Shown here one piece after another: positions 1 through 11,350 of a stretch of DNA of 64,000 nt. The position numbers and the translations under genes were made by a program. Location: assembly GCA_963728565.1 (NCBI GenBank), contig CAVSLC010000020.1:32001-96000 (forward strand). The letters run 5' to 3'. The notes under the pieces are model-generated. The model saw nothing but the letters and a program-made list of their open reading frames with translations. It was not told the origin of the DNA and did no database searches. Positions within the stretch are counted from its first letter, which is position 1. Every line of letters starts with the position of its first letter. This stretch comes from an uncultured delta proteobacterium. Its GTDB lineage: Bacteria > Desulfobacterota > Binatia > UBA9968.

Positions 1-2
1 GG

Positions 3-638
3 ATTGTCGAAGAATTATCCGACCTGCTGCATCAGATCGTCTTTCATTGTCAGATCGGCGCCGAAAACGGCACATTTACTGCCAATCAAGTGATTAGCAA
101 CTTAGCGGCGAAGCTTATCCGGCGTCATCCGCACGTCTTCGGCGGTGACGCCTTGCCTGATGCGGACGCCGTGACAAAACAGTGGGCACAAATCAAGGCG
201 CAAGAAAACCTTGGCGGCACGGCCAATTCAGCATTGGGCAGCCTGCCGAAATCCATGCCGGCGTTGGCACGTGCCCAAACCATTTCGGAGCGCGCCGCGC
301 GGGTCGGTTTCGATTGGCCCAAGATAGAACCGGTGTGGCAAAAGGTGGAGGAGGAATTGAGTGAACTCAAAGCCGCCTGCGCCTCCGGCGATCATCAACG
401 AACCGGAGAGGAATTGGGCGATGTGTTTTTCTCATTAGTTAATCTTGCGCGCTTTCTCGGGGTTCAGGCAGAAGAGGTTGCCAGTCAAACCACCGATAAA
501 TTCATTGAGAGGTTCAATTACCTCGAAGATGAGCTGCGCCAAGCCGGGAAATCCCCAAATCAATCCAGCCTGGAAGAAATGGATCGGTTGTGGGATGAGG
601 CAAAAGCGCTCGAGCGGCGCGGGCGGGTTCGACGATGA
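3..638 (+). CDS. mazG: Nucleoside triphosphate pyrophosphohydrolase MazG (5' partial)
   Basis: Frame open from window start (IVEELSDLLHQIVFH); KLIRRHPHVFG, RAARVGFDW, EELGDVFFSLVNLAR, LEEMDRLWDEAK motifs. Confidence 0.95.
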   Translation: MVEELSDLLHQIVFHCQIGAENGTFTANQVISNLAAKLIRRHPHVFGGDALPDADAVTKQWAQIKAQENLGGTANSALGSLPKSMPALARAQTISERAARVGFDWPKIEPVWQKVEEELSELKAACASGDHQRTGEELGDVFFSLVNLARFLGVQAEEVASQTTDKFIERFNYLEDELRQAGKSPNQSSLEEMDRLWDEAKALERRGRVRR

Positions 639-1606
639 CCTTGCCCAAGATTGTGTTCCTCGATGCCGCCACGTTCGGCGATGTTTCACTGGAACGCTTC
701 AGCGAGATCGGCGATTGCAAAATTTACCAAGTCACCAAGCCAAGCGAGACCATTGGTCGATTGGCCGGTCAAGACATAGTGGTTACCAACAAACAAGCCA
801 TCTCTGAGGCGGCTCTCGCCGCGCCGGAGTCGCAGAACTTGTCGTTGATCGCAGTGGCCGCCACGGGTACCGACATTATCGATCACACGGCGGCCCGCAA
901 ACGTAACATCAAGGTCTGCAATGTCCCGGGCTATGCCGCGCAGTCCGTGGCGCAGTTCACGATGGCGTTGATCTTAGAACTGGCTACTCACGCGGGCCGG
1001 TACGCCGCTGACGTCAAGGCCGGGATGTGGCAGAAAAGTCCCGTGTTCTCACTGCTGACGTATCCGAGTTTCGAGCTCAGCGGCAGGACGTTAGCTATCG
1101 TTGGCTACGGCAATATCGGCCGCGAGGTTGCCCGGATGGCACGGGGATTTGGCATGGAAGTGCTGGTGGCCACTCGTCCAGGAGCAGCGGAACCGCCTGC
1201 CTCGCACCGAGTTCCCTTAGAGCAATTGCTGCCGCAAGCTGACATTGTATCACTGCACTGCGCGCTAACGCCCCAGACAAAAAACTTGATCAATAATGAG
1301 ACGCTTAGGTTGATGAAACCATCGGCAATCCTGATCAATACCGCGCGCGGCGCTTTGGTTGAGGAAACAGCACTGATTCAGGCGCTGCGCGAGCAGCGTC
1401 TGGCCGGAGCTGCCTTGGATGTGATCACCGAGGAACCTCCGGCCGCGGATCACCCGATCATCGTGGCAGCGAGCACACTGGACAATCTGCTGGTGACCCC
1501 GCACACGGCGTGGAGCGCTCGTCAAGCGCGAGAGAGGCTGTTAAATGAGGTGGCCGAAAACATCTCGGCCTTTTTAGCCGGTAAAGATAGGAATCTGATC
1601 GGATAG
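635..1606 (+). CDS. D-2-hydroxyacid dehydrogenase (glycerate dehydrogenase/hydroxypyruvate reductase-like)
   Basis: GYGNIG Rossmann motif, INTARG, LDV..EEP, TPHTAW; ATGA overlap with mazG. Confidence 0.9.
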   Translation: MTLPKIVFLDAATFGDVSLERFSEIGDCKIYQVTKPSETIGRLAGQDIVVTNKQAISEAALAAPESQNLSLIAVAATGTDIIDHTAARKRNIKVCNVPGYAAQSVAQFTMALILELATHAGRYAADVKAGMWQKSPVFSLLTYPSFELSGRTLAIVGYGNIGREVARMARGFGMEVLVATRPGAAEPPASHRVPLEQLLPQADIVSLHCALTPQTKNLINNETLRLMKPSAILINTARGALVEETALIQALREQRLAGAALDVITEEPPAADHPIIVAASTLDNLLVTPHTAWSARQARERLLNEVAENISAFLAGKDRNLIG

Positions 1607-1616
1607 AGACGAATCC

Positions 1617-2042
1617 TCAAAACGGTATATCGTCATCGAAAGGCGGCTGTCCGCCGCCAGTTGATATTTCGTCGGTAACGCCGCCTTCGACCTCCGGCGC
1701 CATTCGCGTGCCACCGCCGCCGCCAAGAAATCTAATGCGTTGCGCAACGATCTCGGTCACATATCGCTTGGTACCGGTTTTATCGTCATAGCTCCGGCTG
1801 CGAATGCTGCCCTCGACAAAAACCTGCCTTCCTTTGGCGAGATATTGGCTGCAAGATTCACCCTGCTTACCCCATACAATGATATTATGCCACTCGGTTC
1901 TTTCCTGCTTGTTGCCGTCGCGGTCGTTCCAAACTTCGGAAGTAGCGATCGGAAAACGCGCTACCGCGCTCCCCGTTGAAGTGAAGCGAAGCTCGGGATC
2001 TTTACCTAGATTTCCAATGAGAATTACTTTGTTTACGGACAT
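1617..2042 (-). CDS. ssb: Single-stranded DNA-binding protein
   Basis: [15 protein letters not shown] start, TEWHNI, acidic DDDIPF tail. Confidence 0.98.
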   Translation of the reverse strand: MSVNKVILIGNLGKDPELRFTSTGSAVARFPIATSEVWNDRDGNKQERTEWHNIIVWGKQGESCSQYLAKGRQVFVEGSIRSRSYDDKTGTKRYVTEIVAQRIRFLGGGGGTRMAPEVEGGVTDEISTGGGQPPFDDDIPF

Positions 2043-2231
2043 GAAACACCTCCAGGCCGCTACATTGCGGCAGCAAACAGTGCAGCCAACTTAGCGCTCG
2101 CGATATTTATAGTCAATGATGGAATCGGCATGCAGCGGGGTCTCCGCTGAATTGCAATTTGATCATGCGTACACTAGACTAAGCTGGCGCATTTTCGCGG
2201 TTTTGCACTCGCCAAGCTTACTTTGATCTTG

Positions 2232-3014
2232 ATGTTTTATCTGCTCAAGCTGTCGGTTTTTATGCTCATCACGGTACCGGCTGCGGTGCTGACAATCTTT
2301 CTTGGCCTATTCGATCGTCATGGCAAAGTCGCGTACCGTGCAAGCCAGATCTGGACGGCTTTGATCTTACGCATGGGCGGGGTTGTATTGCGAGTTAGCG
2401 GCGGCGAACATATCGATTCGCGAAAACAATATGTTTTCATGGTCAATCACCAAAGCAATCTCGATATCCCAGTTCTGGTGCACAGCCTGGTAAGTTTTCA
2501 GTTGCGCTGGATCGCTAAAAGAGAGCTTCTTTGGATTCCGTTTTTCGGCTGGGCGATGTGGGCTTCAAGGCATATTACAATCGATCGAGCGGACCGTCTC
2601 ACTGCCGTCAAAAGCTTAAAACGCGCGAAAGAGCGGATGGCAGCCGGTATTTCGATTGTTGTATTTCCGGAAGGGACGCGCAGCCGAGATGGAAAACTGC
2701 TGCGGTTTAAGAAAGGTGGATTTTTACTTGCCGCCCAGGCAAACCGACCGATTGTTCCAGTGACCATCAACGGCAGCCGGCAGATCCTGCCAGCCGGTGC
2801 ATGGCGCTTGAGGGGCGGAATTGTCGAGGTCATCATTAGTGAACCGATTGCGGTCGATGGTTTTGGTCCGGGCACGCTCCGCCATCTCTCGAACCGGGTA
2901 CGACAAGCAATCGAAAAACATCTGCGAAGCGAGCCCATGGATTCGGCCTCGGTCGCAGCAAACTCAGGCCATAGCATCATCAGTAATCGTCAGTTGGAGA
3001 AACGGAGCATTTAA
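2232..3014 (+). CDS. plsC: 1-acyl-sn-glycerol-3-phosphate acyltransferase
   Basis: NHQSNLD and FPEGTRS motifs, FKKGGF. Confidence 0.9.
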   Translation: MFYLLKLSVFMLITVPAAVLTIFLGLFDRHGKVAYRASQIWTALILRMGGVVLRVSGGEHIDSRKQYVFMVNHQSNLDIPVLVHSLVSFQLRWIAKRELLWIPFFGWAMWASRHITIDRADRLTAVKSLKRAKERMAAGISIVVFPEGTRSRDGKLLRFKKGGFLLAAQANRPIVPVTINGSRQILPAGAWRLRGGIVEVIISEPIAVDGFGPGTLRHLSNRVRQAIEKHLRSEPMDSASVAANSGHSIISNRQLEKRSI

Positions 3015-3020
3015 AACAGC

Positions 3021-4676
3021 ATGGAATCCGTAAGAATCATACCTTTAGGCGGTCTCGGTGAGTTTGGCCTCAACATGATGCTGGTCGAATACGGCGAAGC
3101 GGCCATAGCCATCGACTGCGGCCTGATGTTTCCCGGGGCCGATTTGCTCGGCATCGACCTGGTCATCCCCGATATCAGCTATCTCCTGGAAAACAAGCAC
3201 AAGCTCAAAGCGATTATTTTGACCCATGCGCATGAAGACCATATGGGGGCGCTTCCCTATGTTCTCGAGCGCCTCTCGGTGCCGATCTACGCCACCCGTT
3301 TGACGCTGGGTCTGCTCAGCAATCGAGTCAGAGAACATGGTCTGGAAGATATCGCCGATGTTCGCGAGATCACCGCCGGCAAACTGTGGGAGTTAGGCCC
3401 TTTCAAGCTCGAAGGGATTCGTGTCACGCATAGCCTGATGGACTGCCTGGCCTTGGCAATACAGACGCCCGTCGGTACGATCATCCATACCGGTGACTTC
3501 AAGATCGATAACACACCAATGGAAGGCGAGATGTTCGATTTTCAAAGATTCGCCGCCTACGGGGAAAAAGGCGTTCTTCTGCTCTTGTCCGACTCAACCA
3601 ACGTTGAACGGCGCGGCCACACCGGGTCTGAACGCGAAGTTGGAACGAACCTGGAGCAGATTTTTCGGCAATCAAGCGGCAGGGTGCTGGTTTCGACGTT
3701 TGCGTCGAGCATTCCAAGGATCCAACAAGTGCTGGAAATTTCCGAGCGTTGCGATCGCAGAGTCGTGCTCAGCGGCCGCAGCATGGTGCGCAACAGCCAG
3801 GTCGCAGCCGACCTCGGCTATCTCCGGCTTCCAAGAAGCTTCATGACCGAAAATGATCGTTGGCAAGATCTTGCCCCCGATCGCCTCACGTTTCTGACCA
3901 CCGGCAGCCAGGGTGAGCCGCTATCGGTCTTGCACCGGGTAGCTCTCAACGATCACAAGACAATCAAAATTCAACCCGGCGATAACGTTATTCTCTCTTC
4001 GAAGTTTATCCCCGGCAACGAGAAGATCATTTCGAACTTGATCAATCATCTCTACCGCCGCGGTGCAGAGGTTCACTACGAAAAGGTTTCCGAGATTCAC
4101 GTTTCCGGGCATGCCAGCCAAGAAGAATTGAAGATAATGCTGCAGCTGACTCGTCCGCGCTTTTTCGTGCCGATTCACGGCGAGTACCGCCACTTGGTGC
4201 GCCATCAGCGGTTGGCTCAAGAGGTTGGGGTCCCGGAGAGTAACTGTTTTATTCTCGAAGACGGCGACGTCTTGGAACTAACCGCCCAGGGCGCCCATAA
4301 GACAACTCCCGTTCAGGTGGGCAAAGTGTTCGTCGATGGCAAAGGTATCGGCGATGTCGGGCCGATTGTGATTCGCGATCGGCGCCATTTATCAGAAGAC
4401 GGAATGGTGCTCGCGGTACTGGCAATCCACCAGCAATCCGGCGAAATCGTCGCCGGACCGGATTTGATTTCTCGCGGATTCGTTCGTGATGAAGAAGGCG
4501 AAGAGATTTTCGAACAGGCTCGAAAGGTCGTCTTAGAAACCTTTAGCGGTATGAACCGGGAAACGCGCGCCGATCGAGCCGAGTTGCAGGAAGAGATTCG
4601 CATTGCGCTACGTCGTCATTTCCGCAAGAAACTAGAACGGCGGCCTGTAGTTTTGCCGTATATAGTTGAAACTTAA
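3021..4676 (+). CDS. rnj: Ribonuclease J
   Basis: IIPLGGLGEFG, THAHEDH, HTGDFK, TGSQGEP, HVSGHA, PIHGEYRH motifs. Confidence 0.97.
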   Translation: MESVRIIPLGGLGEFGLNMMLVEYGEAAIAIDCGLMFPGADLLGIDLVIPDISYLLENKHKLKAIILTHAHEDHMGALPYVLERLSVPIYATRLTLGLLSNRVREHGLEDIADVREITAGKLWELGPFKLEGIRVTHSLMDCLALAIQTPVGTIIHTGDFKIDNTPMEGEMFDFQRFAAYGEKGVLLLLSDSTNVERRGHTGSEREVGTNLEQIFRQSSGRVLVSTFASSIPRIQQVLEISERCDRRVVLSGRSMVRNSQVAADLGYLRLPRSFMTENDRWQDLAPDRLTFLTTGSQGEPLSVLHRVALNDHKTIKIQPGDNVILSSKFIPGNEKIISNLINHLYRRGAEVHYEKVSEIHVSGHASQEELKIMLQLTRPRFFVPIHGEYRHLVRHQRLAQEVGVPESNCFILEDGDVLELTAQGAHKTTPVQVGKVFVDGKGIGDVGPIVIRDRRHLSEDGMVLAVLAIHQQSGEIVAGPDLISRGFVRDEEGEEIFEQARKVVLETFSGMNRETRADRAELQEEIRIALRRHFRKKLERRPVVLPYIVET

Positions 4677-4691
4677 GGTTCGCTTACTGCC

Positions 4692-6937
4692 ATGGAAAAA
4701 GGCCGGCTCAACCGGGAAGTCTGGGGTGTGGTTATTAGCCTCACCGCTCTTCTGATCATTATTAGCTTAGTCTCGTATAGTCCAAATGACCGTTCGCTCA
4801 ATACGCCTTCTGGTTTGATCGCTCATAACTGGGGAGGCTTTGTCGGCGCTTTTCTAGCCGATCTCCTGTTGCAGGGCCTCGGCCTATCTGCCTACTTACT
4901 GCCGATTTTCCTCGGCCTCGCTGCCTATCACTTATTTCTCCCCGGTGTTCAAAGGACTTCGCGCTACCAAGGCAACCGGCTACGCAGTGCTTCTCGTCGG
5001 CATAGCAGTTCTTTTGAGCCTATGGATCGATTCTGAAGACGCGCGAGACTCCGGCGGCATCATCGGAGGCTTTCTTACGGAAAGCATTCTGGTGCCGTTG
5101 TTTGGACGCATCAGCGCAACGTTGATTATCCTGACGACGCGCGCTTCTGGCAATCATGACAGTTTCGCAAATATCGCTGGCGGATCTGCTTGATCGCAGC
5201 GGCAAACGACTGCTCCAGTTCAGGAAAACTATCATACCGAAGATCGGCTTGAGTTTAACCAAGCTCAAACAGCAGAAAGACAAAACCAAGGGAGAAAACA
5301 TCAAGAACGAACGGCGCGACTATGTGCCGCCGCCCATCGTTGTAAAGGCTGACCCTAAAGAAGAATTGATCAAGAAAGTCGTCAAGAAACCGATTGCCCC
5401 GCAAGAGCAGTTTAAACTCCCGGTAGTTGGAGAAGGGTACCGCTTGCCGCCTCTCGACCTCTTAGACCCACCCGATCCCAATCAGTTAATCAAAGTCGAC
5501 ACCAACGGCCTGCACGCCAACTCTCTCATCCTGCAAAAAAAACTGGCTGATTTCGGCGTCGACGGCGAAGTGGTCGCGGTCCGTCCCGGCCCGGTCATCA
5601 CCATGTATGAGTTTAAGCCGGCCGACGGCGTAAAGGTACGCCGCATCGTCATGCTGGCTGACGATCTCGCAATGGCGCTGCGCGCTGTCAGCGTGCGTAT
5701 TCTCGCGCCGATTCCGGGAGAATCGGTGGTGGGAATAGAAATCCCTAATCCCCGGCGCGAAACGGTTTATTTGAGAGAAATCATCGAGAGCGATAGCTAT
5801 CATTCCGTCGATTCAAAAATCACCTTAGCTCTAGGAAAGGATATTGGCGGAATACCGTTTGCCACTGATCTGGGGCGCATGCCTCATCTGCTGGTTGCCG
5901 GCGCCACAGGAACCGGCAAGTCGGTGTCGATCAACGCCATGATCCTGAGCATTCTCTTTAAAGCGACGCCGCAAGACGTGCGATTCATCATGGTGGATCC
6001 GAAAATGCTGGAGCTGACTGTTTACGAAGAAATTCCCCACCTTCTTGTGCCTGTGGTGACGGATCCAAAAAAAGCCGCCGCCGCGCTTTTCTGGGCCATG
6101 GACGAGATGGATCGACGTTATCGGCTCATGAGAGACAAAGGCGCGCGCAATATCGACAATTACAATCGAACACTGGAAAAAGAAGGCGCCGTAAAGAAAC
6201 CCGTTATTGAGCTGACGGAAGCGCAAGCGGACGAAGATCCGAATGCACCGGGTGGGAGCCTGGCAAAGGAAGCGCCGCTGGTGCATGAGCGTTTGCCGCG
6301 GATCGTTATTATCATCGATGAACTGGCCGATCTGATGATGACGGTTGGACGCGATATTGAAGAATACATCACCCGACTTGCGCAAAAGGCACGAGCCGCG
6401 GGTATTCACCTGATCCTTGCCACTCAGCGCCCTTCTGTGGATGTCATCACCGGTTTGATCAAAGCGAATTTTCCGGCGCGTATCTCATTTCAGGTGACCT
6501 CGCGAATCGATTCGCGCACAATACTGGACTCGATGGGCGGCGAGAAGCTTTTAGGCAACGGCGACTTGTTGTTCTTACCGCCGGGCACGGCACGACTGAC
6601 GCGCATCCATGGAGCCTTCGTATCGGATCAAGAAGTGCGCAAGGTGATGAAGTTTATCAAGCAGCAGGGACGACCACAGTACCGACCCGATGTTTTTGAC
6701 GTCAAAAAGGATATCGAGAACGCCGGCGCCGACGAAGAGTACGATGAAATGTATGATCAGGCGGTGGCGATTGTCACCGACACTCAGCAAGCTTCGATCT
6801 CTATGATTCAACGGAGATTGCGGGTAGGATACAACCGGGCTGCGCGGATGATTGAGCAGATGGAACGCGATGGCGTTATTGGTCCGGCAGACGGCGCCAA
6901 GCCGAGAGAAGTGTATGCGAGAAAACTTGAAGCTTAA
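4692..6937 (+). CDS. ftsK: DNA translocase FtsK (two apparent frameshifts near 4940 and 5145, probably sequencing errors)
   Basis: N-terminal 4TM pieces (NWGGFVGAFLAD), PHLLVAGATGTGKS, IIDELADLMM, LATQRPSVDVITG, gamma domain QRRLRVGYNRAAR. Confidence 0.95.
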
Positions 6938-7589
6938 ACGACTGCTTGGGGCTCTGGTGATTGCCTTGTGCTTGACTGCGCAGGATTGGATTACCGCGGC
7001 GGAGCCGAAAAGCGCCGAGCAGGTCGTCGACGCGCTGCAGAAGAACTATGACGCTACCATCGATTTCATCGCTGATTTTCAGCAGGAAACCGAAGTCAAA
7101 ACTCTTAACCGCAGCTTGAAAGCGTGGGGGAAGTTGTCGTTCAAACGCCCGGGCAAAATGCTGTGGCGCTATGAAGAACCCAAGGGCCAGATCGTACTGA
7201 CAGATGGAAGCCACCTCTATTTTCTACAACCTGAACAGAACCAGGTGATTAAGAGTCCGTTGAAAAACGCCTTTCGCTCGGATATTCCGCTGTCTTTTCT
7301 ACTTGGGCTGGGCAACTTGAAAAAAGATTTTAATGCCGTGCTCAAGGCAACTGAAAAGGACGAATACATTCTCCGTCTAGAACCCAAGGGCGAAGCTGGA
7401 GGATTCAGCGAAATCCTTCTCGGAGTTAGTCGGAGCTCAGCCGATATCGTCTGGGTAAGCATTCGCGACGCCGCCAACAATCTGACAAGCTTGCGTTTTT
7501 CCAATATGAAGAAAGGCGTTGGGCTTAAGGATTCGCTGTTTCGAATAAACATTCCCCAGGGGGTCGACATAGTGGAGTTGGGCCAGTGA
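6915..7589 (+). CDS. lolA: Outer-membrane lipoprotein carrier LolA
   Basis: Signal peptide, ADFQQ, FKRPGKMLWRYEEP; position after ftsK. Confidence 0.9.
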   Translation: MRENLKLKRLLGALVIALCLTAQDWITAAEPKSAEQVVDALQKNYDATIDFIADFQQETEVKTLNRSLKAWGKLSFKRPGKMLWRYEEPKGQIVLTDGSHLYFLQPEQNQVIKSPLKNAFRSDIPLSFLLGLGNLKKDFNAVLKATEKDEYILRLEPKGEAGGFSEILLGVSRSSADIVWVSIRDAANNLTSLRFSNMKKGVGLKDSLFRINIPQGVDIVELGQ

Positions 7590-8929
7590 AGCAACCAAAG
7601 CAGAAGTTTAGCATCATCAGCTTAGGATGCGCCCGCAATCTGGTCGATTCGGAAGTGATGTCCGGACTGCTCGTCCAGGATCATTATGAAATGGTTCAGG
7701 AACCGGCCGAGGCGGATGTCGTGCTGATCAATACATGCGGCTTTATCGATGCCGCTAAAGCGGAGTCGATAGACACAATCGTCGAGATTTCCCGACTCAA
7801 GCAAGAAGGAACGCTGCGCAAGCTTGTGGTTGCGGGCTGTCTATCGCAACGGTACCCGCAAGAGTTAGCAACCGAGTTGCCTGAGGTCGATTTATTTATA
7901 GGCACAGGGGAAATTCCGCGTATAGTCAATATTCTTAGAGAACATGAACGAAATCAAAGCCGCAGACATTACGTCGGCATTCCCGAGTACCTATACGACC
8001 ATGTAACACCCCGGCTTCGCCATACTCCGTCCTACACTGCGTTTGTAAAGGTCTCTGAAGGATGCGACCACAAGTGCGCCTTCTGTATCATTCCTAAGTT
8101 ACGCGGCCCACATCGTAGCCGCAGCATTGAATCCGTAGTCAAAGAAGCCACTATGCTGGCCCAAAGCGGTGTCAAGGAGATTAATCTTATCGCCCAGGAT
8201 CTCACCGCGTACGGCAGAGATCGCAAAGACGGGACGACTCTCTACGGTCTGTTAAAAGAGCTGGTTCATGTGCCCGATCTCGTATGGATACGGCTACTCT
8301 ATGCTTATCCCAATTTTCTTGACTCGCCGCTGCTTGATCTGATCGATACGAGCGAAAAAATTTGCAAGTACATCGATATCCCTTTCCAGCATGTCAGCGC
8401 CGGTATCTTGAAGAGCATGCGCCGAGGCAAAAGCGGCAGTGCCGTACAGGCTACCGTAGAAAAGTTGCGTGAATCCATTTCCGGTTTGACCCTTCGAAGC
8501 TCGCTAATTGTCGGGTTTCCCGGAGAAACCGAAGAGGATTTTCAAGCGCTGCTCGATTTCGTTGAAAGGACCAGATTTGAACGTCTCGGCGTCTTCAAGT
8601 ATTCAATCGAAGAAGGCACCGCCGCAGCAAGTCTTGCCGATCACGTCGAGGAAGAAGAGAAAGAACGACGCTGGCAAGAGGTGATGGATCTGCAAGCAAG
8701 TATCTCGCGAAACAAGAATGAGGCCTTGATTGGGTCTATTCAGCGGGTTATCATCGATGGCATTGACGAAACCGGGCAGTTGATCGGACGCACACAGGGT
8801 CATGCGCCGGAAGTCGACGGCGCCGTATACTTGCAAAACCCAGCTTCCCTTGGAACCGGCGATTTTGCCGACGTAAAGATAATCGAAGCTCTTGAGTATG
8901 ACTTAATTGGTGAAATACAACATGTCTAA
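7586..8929 (+). CDS. rimO: Ribosomal protein S12 methylthiotransferase RimO
   Basis: SLGCARNLVDSE, NTCGFI, radical-SAM CxxxCxxC (EGCDHKCAFC), APEVDG TRAM domain. Confidence 0.96.
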   Translation: MKQPKQKFSIISLGCARNLVDSEVMSGLLVQDHYEMVQEPAEADVVLINTCGFIDAAKAESIDTIVEISRLKQEGTLRKLVVAGCLSQRYPQELATELPEVDLFIGTGEIPRIVNILREHERNQSRRHYVGIPEYLYDHVTPRLRHTPSYTAFVKVSEGCDHKCAFCIIPKLRGPHRSRSIESVVKEATMLAQSGVKEINLIAQDLTAYGRDRKDGTTLYGLLKELVHVPDLVWIRLLYAYPNFLDSPLLDLIDTSEKICKYIDIPFQHVSAGILKSMRRGKSGSAVQATVEKLRESISGLTLRSSLIVGFPGETEEDFQALLDFVERTRFERLGVFKYSIEEGTAAASLADHVEEEEKERRWQEVMDLQASISRNKNEALIGSIQRVIIDGIDETGQLIGRTQGHAPEVDGAVYLQNPASLGTGDFADVKIIEALEYDLIGEIQHV

Positions 8930-9380
8930 ATCGGAAAATCTCAAAGACGCAAAAGCCAGAAAAGATTTCCTCAAAAGCGCGGCGGAAACTTTGCTGGAGA
9001 TGAAGAAGCAGCTTCATAGAGAAATGCAGGTTCGGGTCAAAGGCGAAACCGAAGGTGTTAAGGATGAAGGTCGCGACACCTATGATCTAGCGAGCGATGA
9101 AAGAGATCGGGAAATCAATTTTATTCTCAATGATCGAGAGCGGGAGAAACTGCACGCGATTGACGAAGCCCTGGAGCGCATCAAAGACAAAAGCTACGGC
9201 ATCTGCGAGAGTTGCGAAGGCGAGATCCAACTGGGACGCTTGAAAGTGCTGCCCTTCACGAGACTTTGCGTGAGGTGTCAGGAAGAGAACGAGAAGGAAA
9301 GCAAACGTCAGAAAACGCTCGAGGAAGAGCGAGGCTACCGCAAGCTTGTTCTGACTGACTTCGAAGAAGAAGGCTCCTAA
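8922..9380 (+). CDS. dksA: DksA/TraR C4 zinc-finger transcription factor
   Basis: DTYDLA coiled-coil tip motif, YGICESC...LCVRC. Confidence 0.88.
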   Translation: MSKSENLKDAKARKDFLKSAAETLLEMKKQLHREMQVRVKGETEGVKDEGRDTYDLASDERDREINFILNDREREKLHAIDEALERIKDKSYGICESCEGEIQLGRLKVLPFTRLCVRCQEENEKESKRQKTLEEERGYRKLVLTDFEEEGS

Positions 9381-9432
9381 CTGATCAGACCCGGTCCGGA
9401 TCAAACCCTGGCAGCGCCATTATCAGAGAGCC

Positions 9433-9471
9433 AAAAAAAGAGGGCATGGTTTGGAACCATGCCCTCTTTTT
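9433..9471. terminator. Bidirectional intrinsic terminator
   Basis: aaaaaaagagggcatggtt-tgg-aaccatgccctctttttt between convergent genes. Confidence 0.9.
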
Positions 9472-9488
9472 CGTGGAAGGTTTGACGA

Positions 9489-9857
9489 TCAATCGCCGCC
9501 CTTCGCAGGGGTAAACTCGATCCCGCTAACGTAATTTTTTTCGCCTTTTTTGGTGTACTGCACGGTTGCCGATGACCCTAAACCGATATCGGCCATCTTT
9601 GCATCCTTAGCCTTCAGTTCGGTAACTTTTGTCTTCTGATCGAAATCAACTGTGACCAACTTGCCTTCCTTGGTGACCACGATCATATAGTTCTTTTCAG
9701 TATCCAATAAGCCTATATCGCCGGAAACTTTTTCCGCTTTGGCTTTCTCGGCCTTTTCACCTTCCGCTTTCTTTGCGCCTTCTGCCTTCTTCTCGCCTTC
9801 CTGCGCCAAAATTGGCGAGGCCAATGAGAGTGCGCACAGGATACTTAGAGCCCGCAC
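9489..9857 (-). CDS. Secreted small beta-rich (OB-fold/DUF5666-like) protein, paralog A, C-terminal KGGD; start uncertain
   Basis: SPase I-type signal (ILA-QE), Lys/Ala/Glu linker, domain shared with three other ORFs. Confidence 0.8.
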   Translation of the reverse strand: MRALSILCALSLASPILAQEGEKKAEGAKKAEGEKAEKAKAEKVSGDIGLLDTEKNYMIVVTKEGKLVTVDFDQKTKVTELKAKDAKMADIGLGSSATVQYTKKGEKNYVSGIEFTPAKGGD

Positions 9858-9929
9858 TGCATTATTGTGTCTTCATAAAATCGATCCTTTCCAATCATAT
9901 ATTACATAGACCGTAAGAGTTACCGCGGC

Positions 9930-10412
9930 TCAATCCCCACCCTTGGCTGGGGTGAATTCCACGCTTTTGGCGATATTTTTATCGCCCTGCTTGGTATATT
10001 CAACTGTTGCTGAAGAGCCGAGTCCAATATCCGCTATCTTGCTCGGAGTAGGATCGATTTGAGTCGCTTTCGTCTTGGCATCGTAATCCAGCGTGATCAG
10101 CTTACCTTCTTTGGTTACTAGAATCAGGTAATTTTTCTCGGTATCGAGTAATCCGATATCGCCTCGCGCCTTCTCTGCCTTCGCCTTGGCTTCACCCTTA
10201 GCGTCGCCTTTGGCTTCGCCCTTTGACTCGGCCTTTGCCGTCGTAGTTTCAGCTTTCGCCTTGGACTCAGCTTTTGCTTCAGCTTTAGCCGGCGCCGCCG
10301 CAGGTGCCGCCGCGGGCTTGGAAGCCATTTCGTCTTGTGTTGAACAAGAAGAGATAGCAAAAGCCACCGCAACCGCCGCCGCAGCACTACTGATCGAAAA
10401 CAAATCCTTCAT
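9930..10412 (-). CDS. Lipoprotein with the same domain, paralog B, C-terminal KGGD
   Basis: Lipobox-like ISS-C, AKAE-rich linker, GDIGLLDTEKNY...ADIGLGSSATV domain; RBS gggagg. Confidence 0.85.
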   Translation of the reverse strand: MKDLFSISSAAAAVAVAFAISSCSTQDEMASKPAAAPAAAPAKAEAKAESKAKAETTTAKAESKGEAKGDAKGEAKAKAEKARGDIGLLDTEKNYLILVTKEGKLITLDYDAKTKATQIDPTPSKIADIGLGSSATVEYTKQGDKNIAKSVEFTPAKGGD

Positions 10413-10537
10413 TGTTGCCTCCCTAGAACATAGTTAACCGGTAAAAATAGACTCGATAATTATCGTGAGCGTTGATTCATCTCAATACGCTATAGGTATG
10501 GTTTTAGTCGCGCCGATCCGGCTCACTGGCGGTAAAT

Positions 10538-10553
10538 TCAAACTATAGTCTTA
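10538..10553. promoter_or_regulatory. Putative NarL/LiaR-type operator box in divergent intergenic region
   Basis: TCAAACTATAGTCTTA; core ACTnnAGT matches boxes at 13556, 15536 and 23984. Confidence 0.45.
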
Positions 10554-10645
10554 GGACGACACGAGCAGGATTACCACGTTGGCATGTTAGTTTATTTCGT
10601 GTATTTTCGCTGGCGTAGGCAAATGTTCCCTAAGGAGCGAGTGCA

Positions 10646-11350
10646 ATGATGCCGATCAAAGTTGTGATTGCTGATGACCACGCGCTTTTCAGAGATGGAC
10701 TCAGACGGATTCTTTCGCTCGAGAAAGACATCCTTGTCGTTGGCGAGGCGGCCAACGGTGACGATGTGATCAAAGTCGTCGAGCGGACAAAGCCGGATAT
10801 CTTGCTCCTGGATCTGAAAATGCCCAAGGGGGATGTTGTTCAAAATTTGCTGGAAGTCGGCGCTAAATACCCGTCAACGCGGGTAATCATTTTGACCGCC
10901 TTCTCGGAGGAGGAAAGTGTTTTGAATGCGGCGAAAGGCGGCGCCAAAGGTTTCGTTCCAAAGGGCGTGCCCTCCACTACCTTGCTTCAAGCAATCAAGG
11001 CGGTGCACCAGGGCGCTTCTTGGACGGATAAGGAGATACCCTCATGGGAAACTTTCGAGGAGATTGCTCAGGGCCAGTCACTTGCCCGTGAAGCGCCGAC
11101 TCAGTTCGATGAGAGTATTAGAAGTCTTACTAAACGAGAAATGGAAATACTCCGGTTGGTGGCCGAAGGTCTTACTAATGAGGAGATCGGCAAGAAAATT
11201 TTTATTAGTGAGAAGACGGTGAAGACTCACCTGACCAATATCTTCGATAAGTTGAAAGTTAATAACCGCTTCAAGGCTGCTCTGATGCTGATGGGCCAGT
11301 CAGGTGAGACTAACACACCCAATTGGACTAGAAGCGGTCGAGGCCGTTAA
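10646..11350 (+). CDS. NarL/LuxR-family response regulator
   Basis: IADDH, LLD (phospho-Asp), LTKREMEIL...TVKTHLTNIFDKL LuxR HTH. Confidence 0.95.
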   Translation: MMPIKVVIADDHALFRDGLRRILSLEKDILVVGEAANGDDVIKVVERTKPDILLLDLKMPKGDVVQNLLEVGAKYPSTRVIILTAFSEEESVLNAAKGGAKGFVPKGVPSTTLLQAIKAVHQGASWTDKEIPSWETFEEIAQGQSLAREAPTQFDESIRSLTKREMEILRLVAEGLTNEEIGKKIFISEKTVKTHLTNIFDKLKVNNRFKAALMLMGQSGETNTPNWTRSGRGR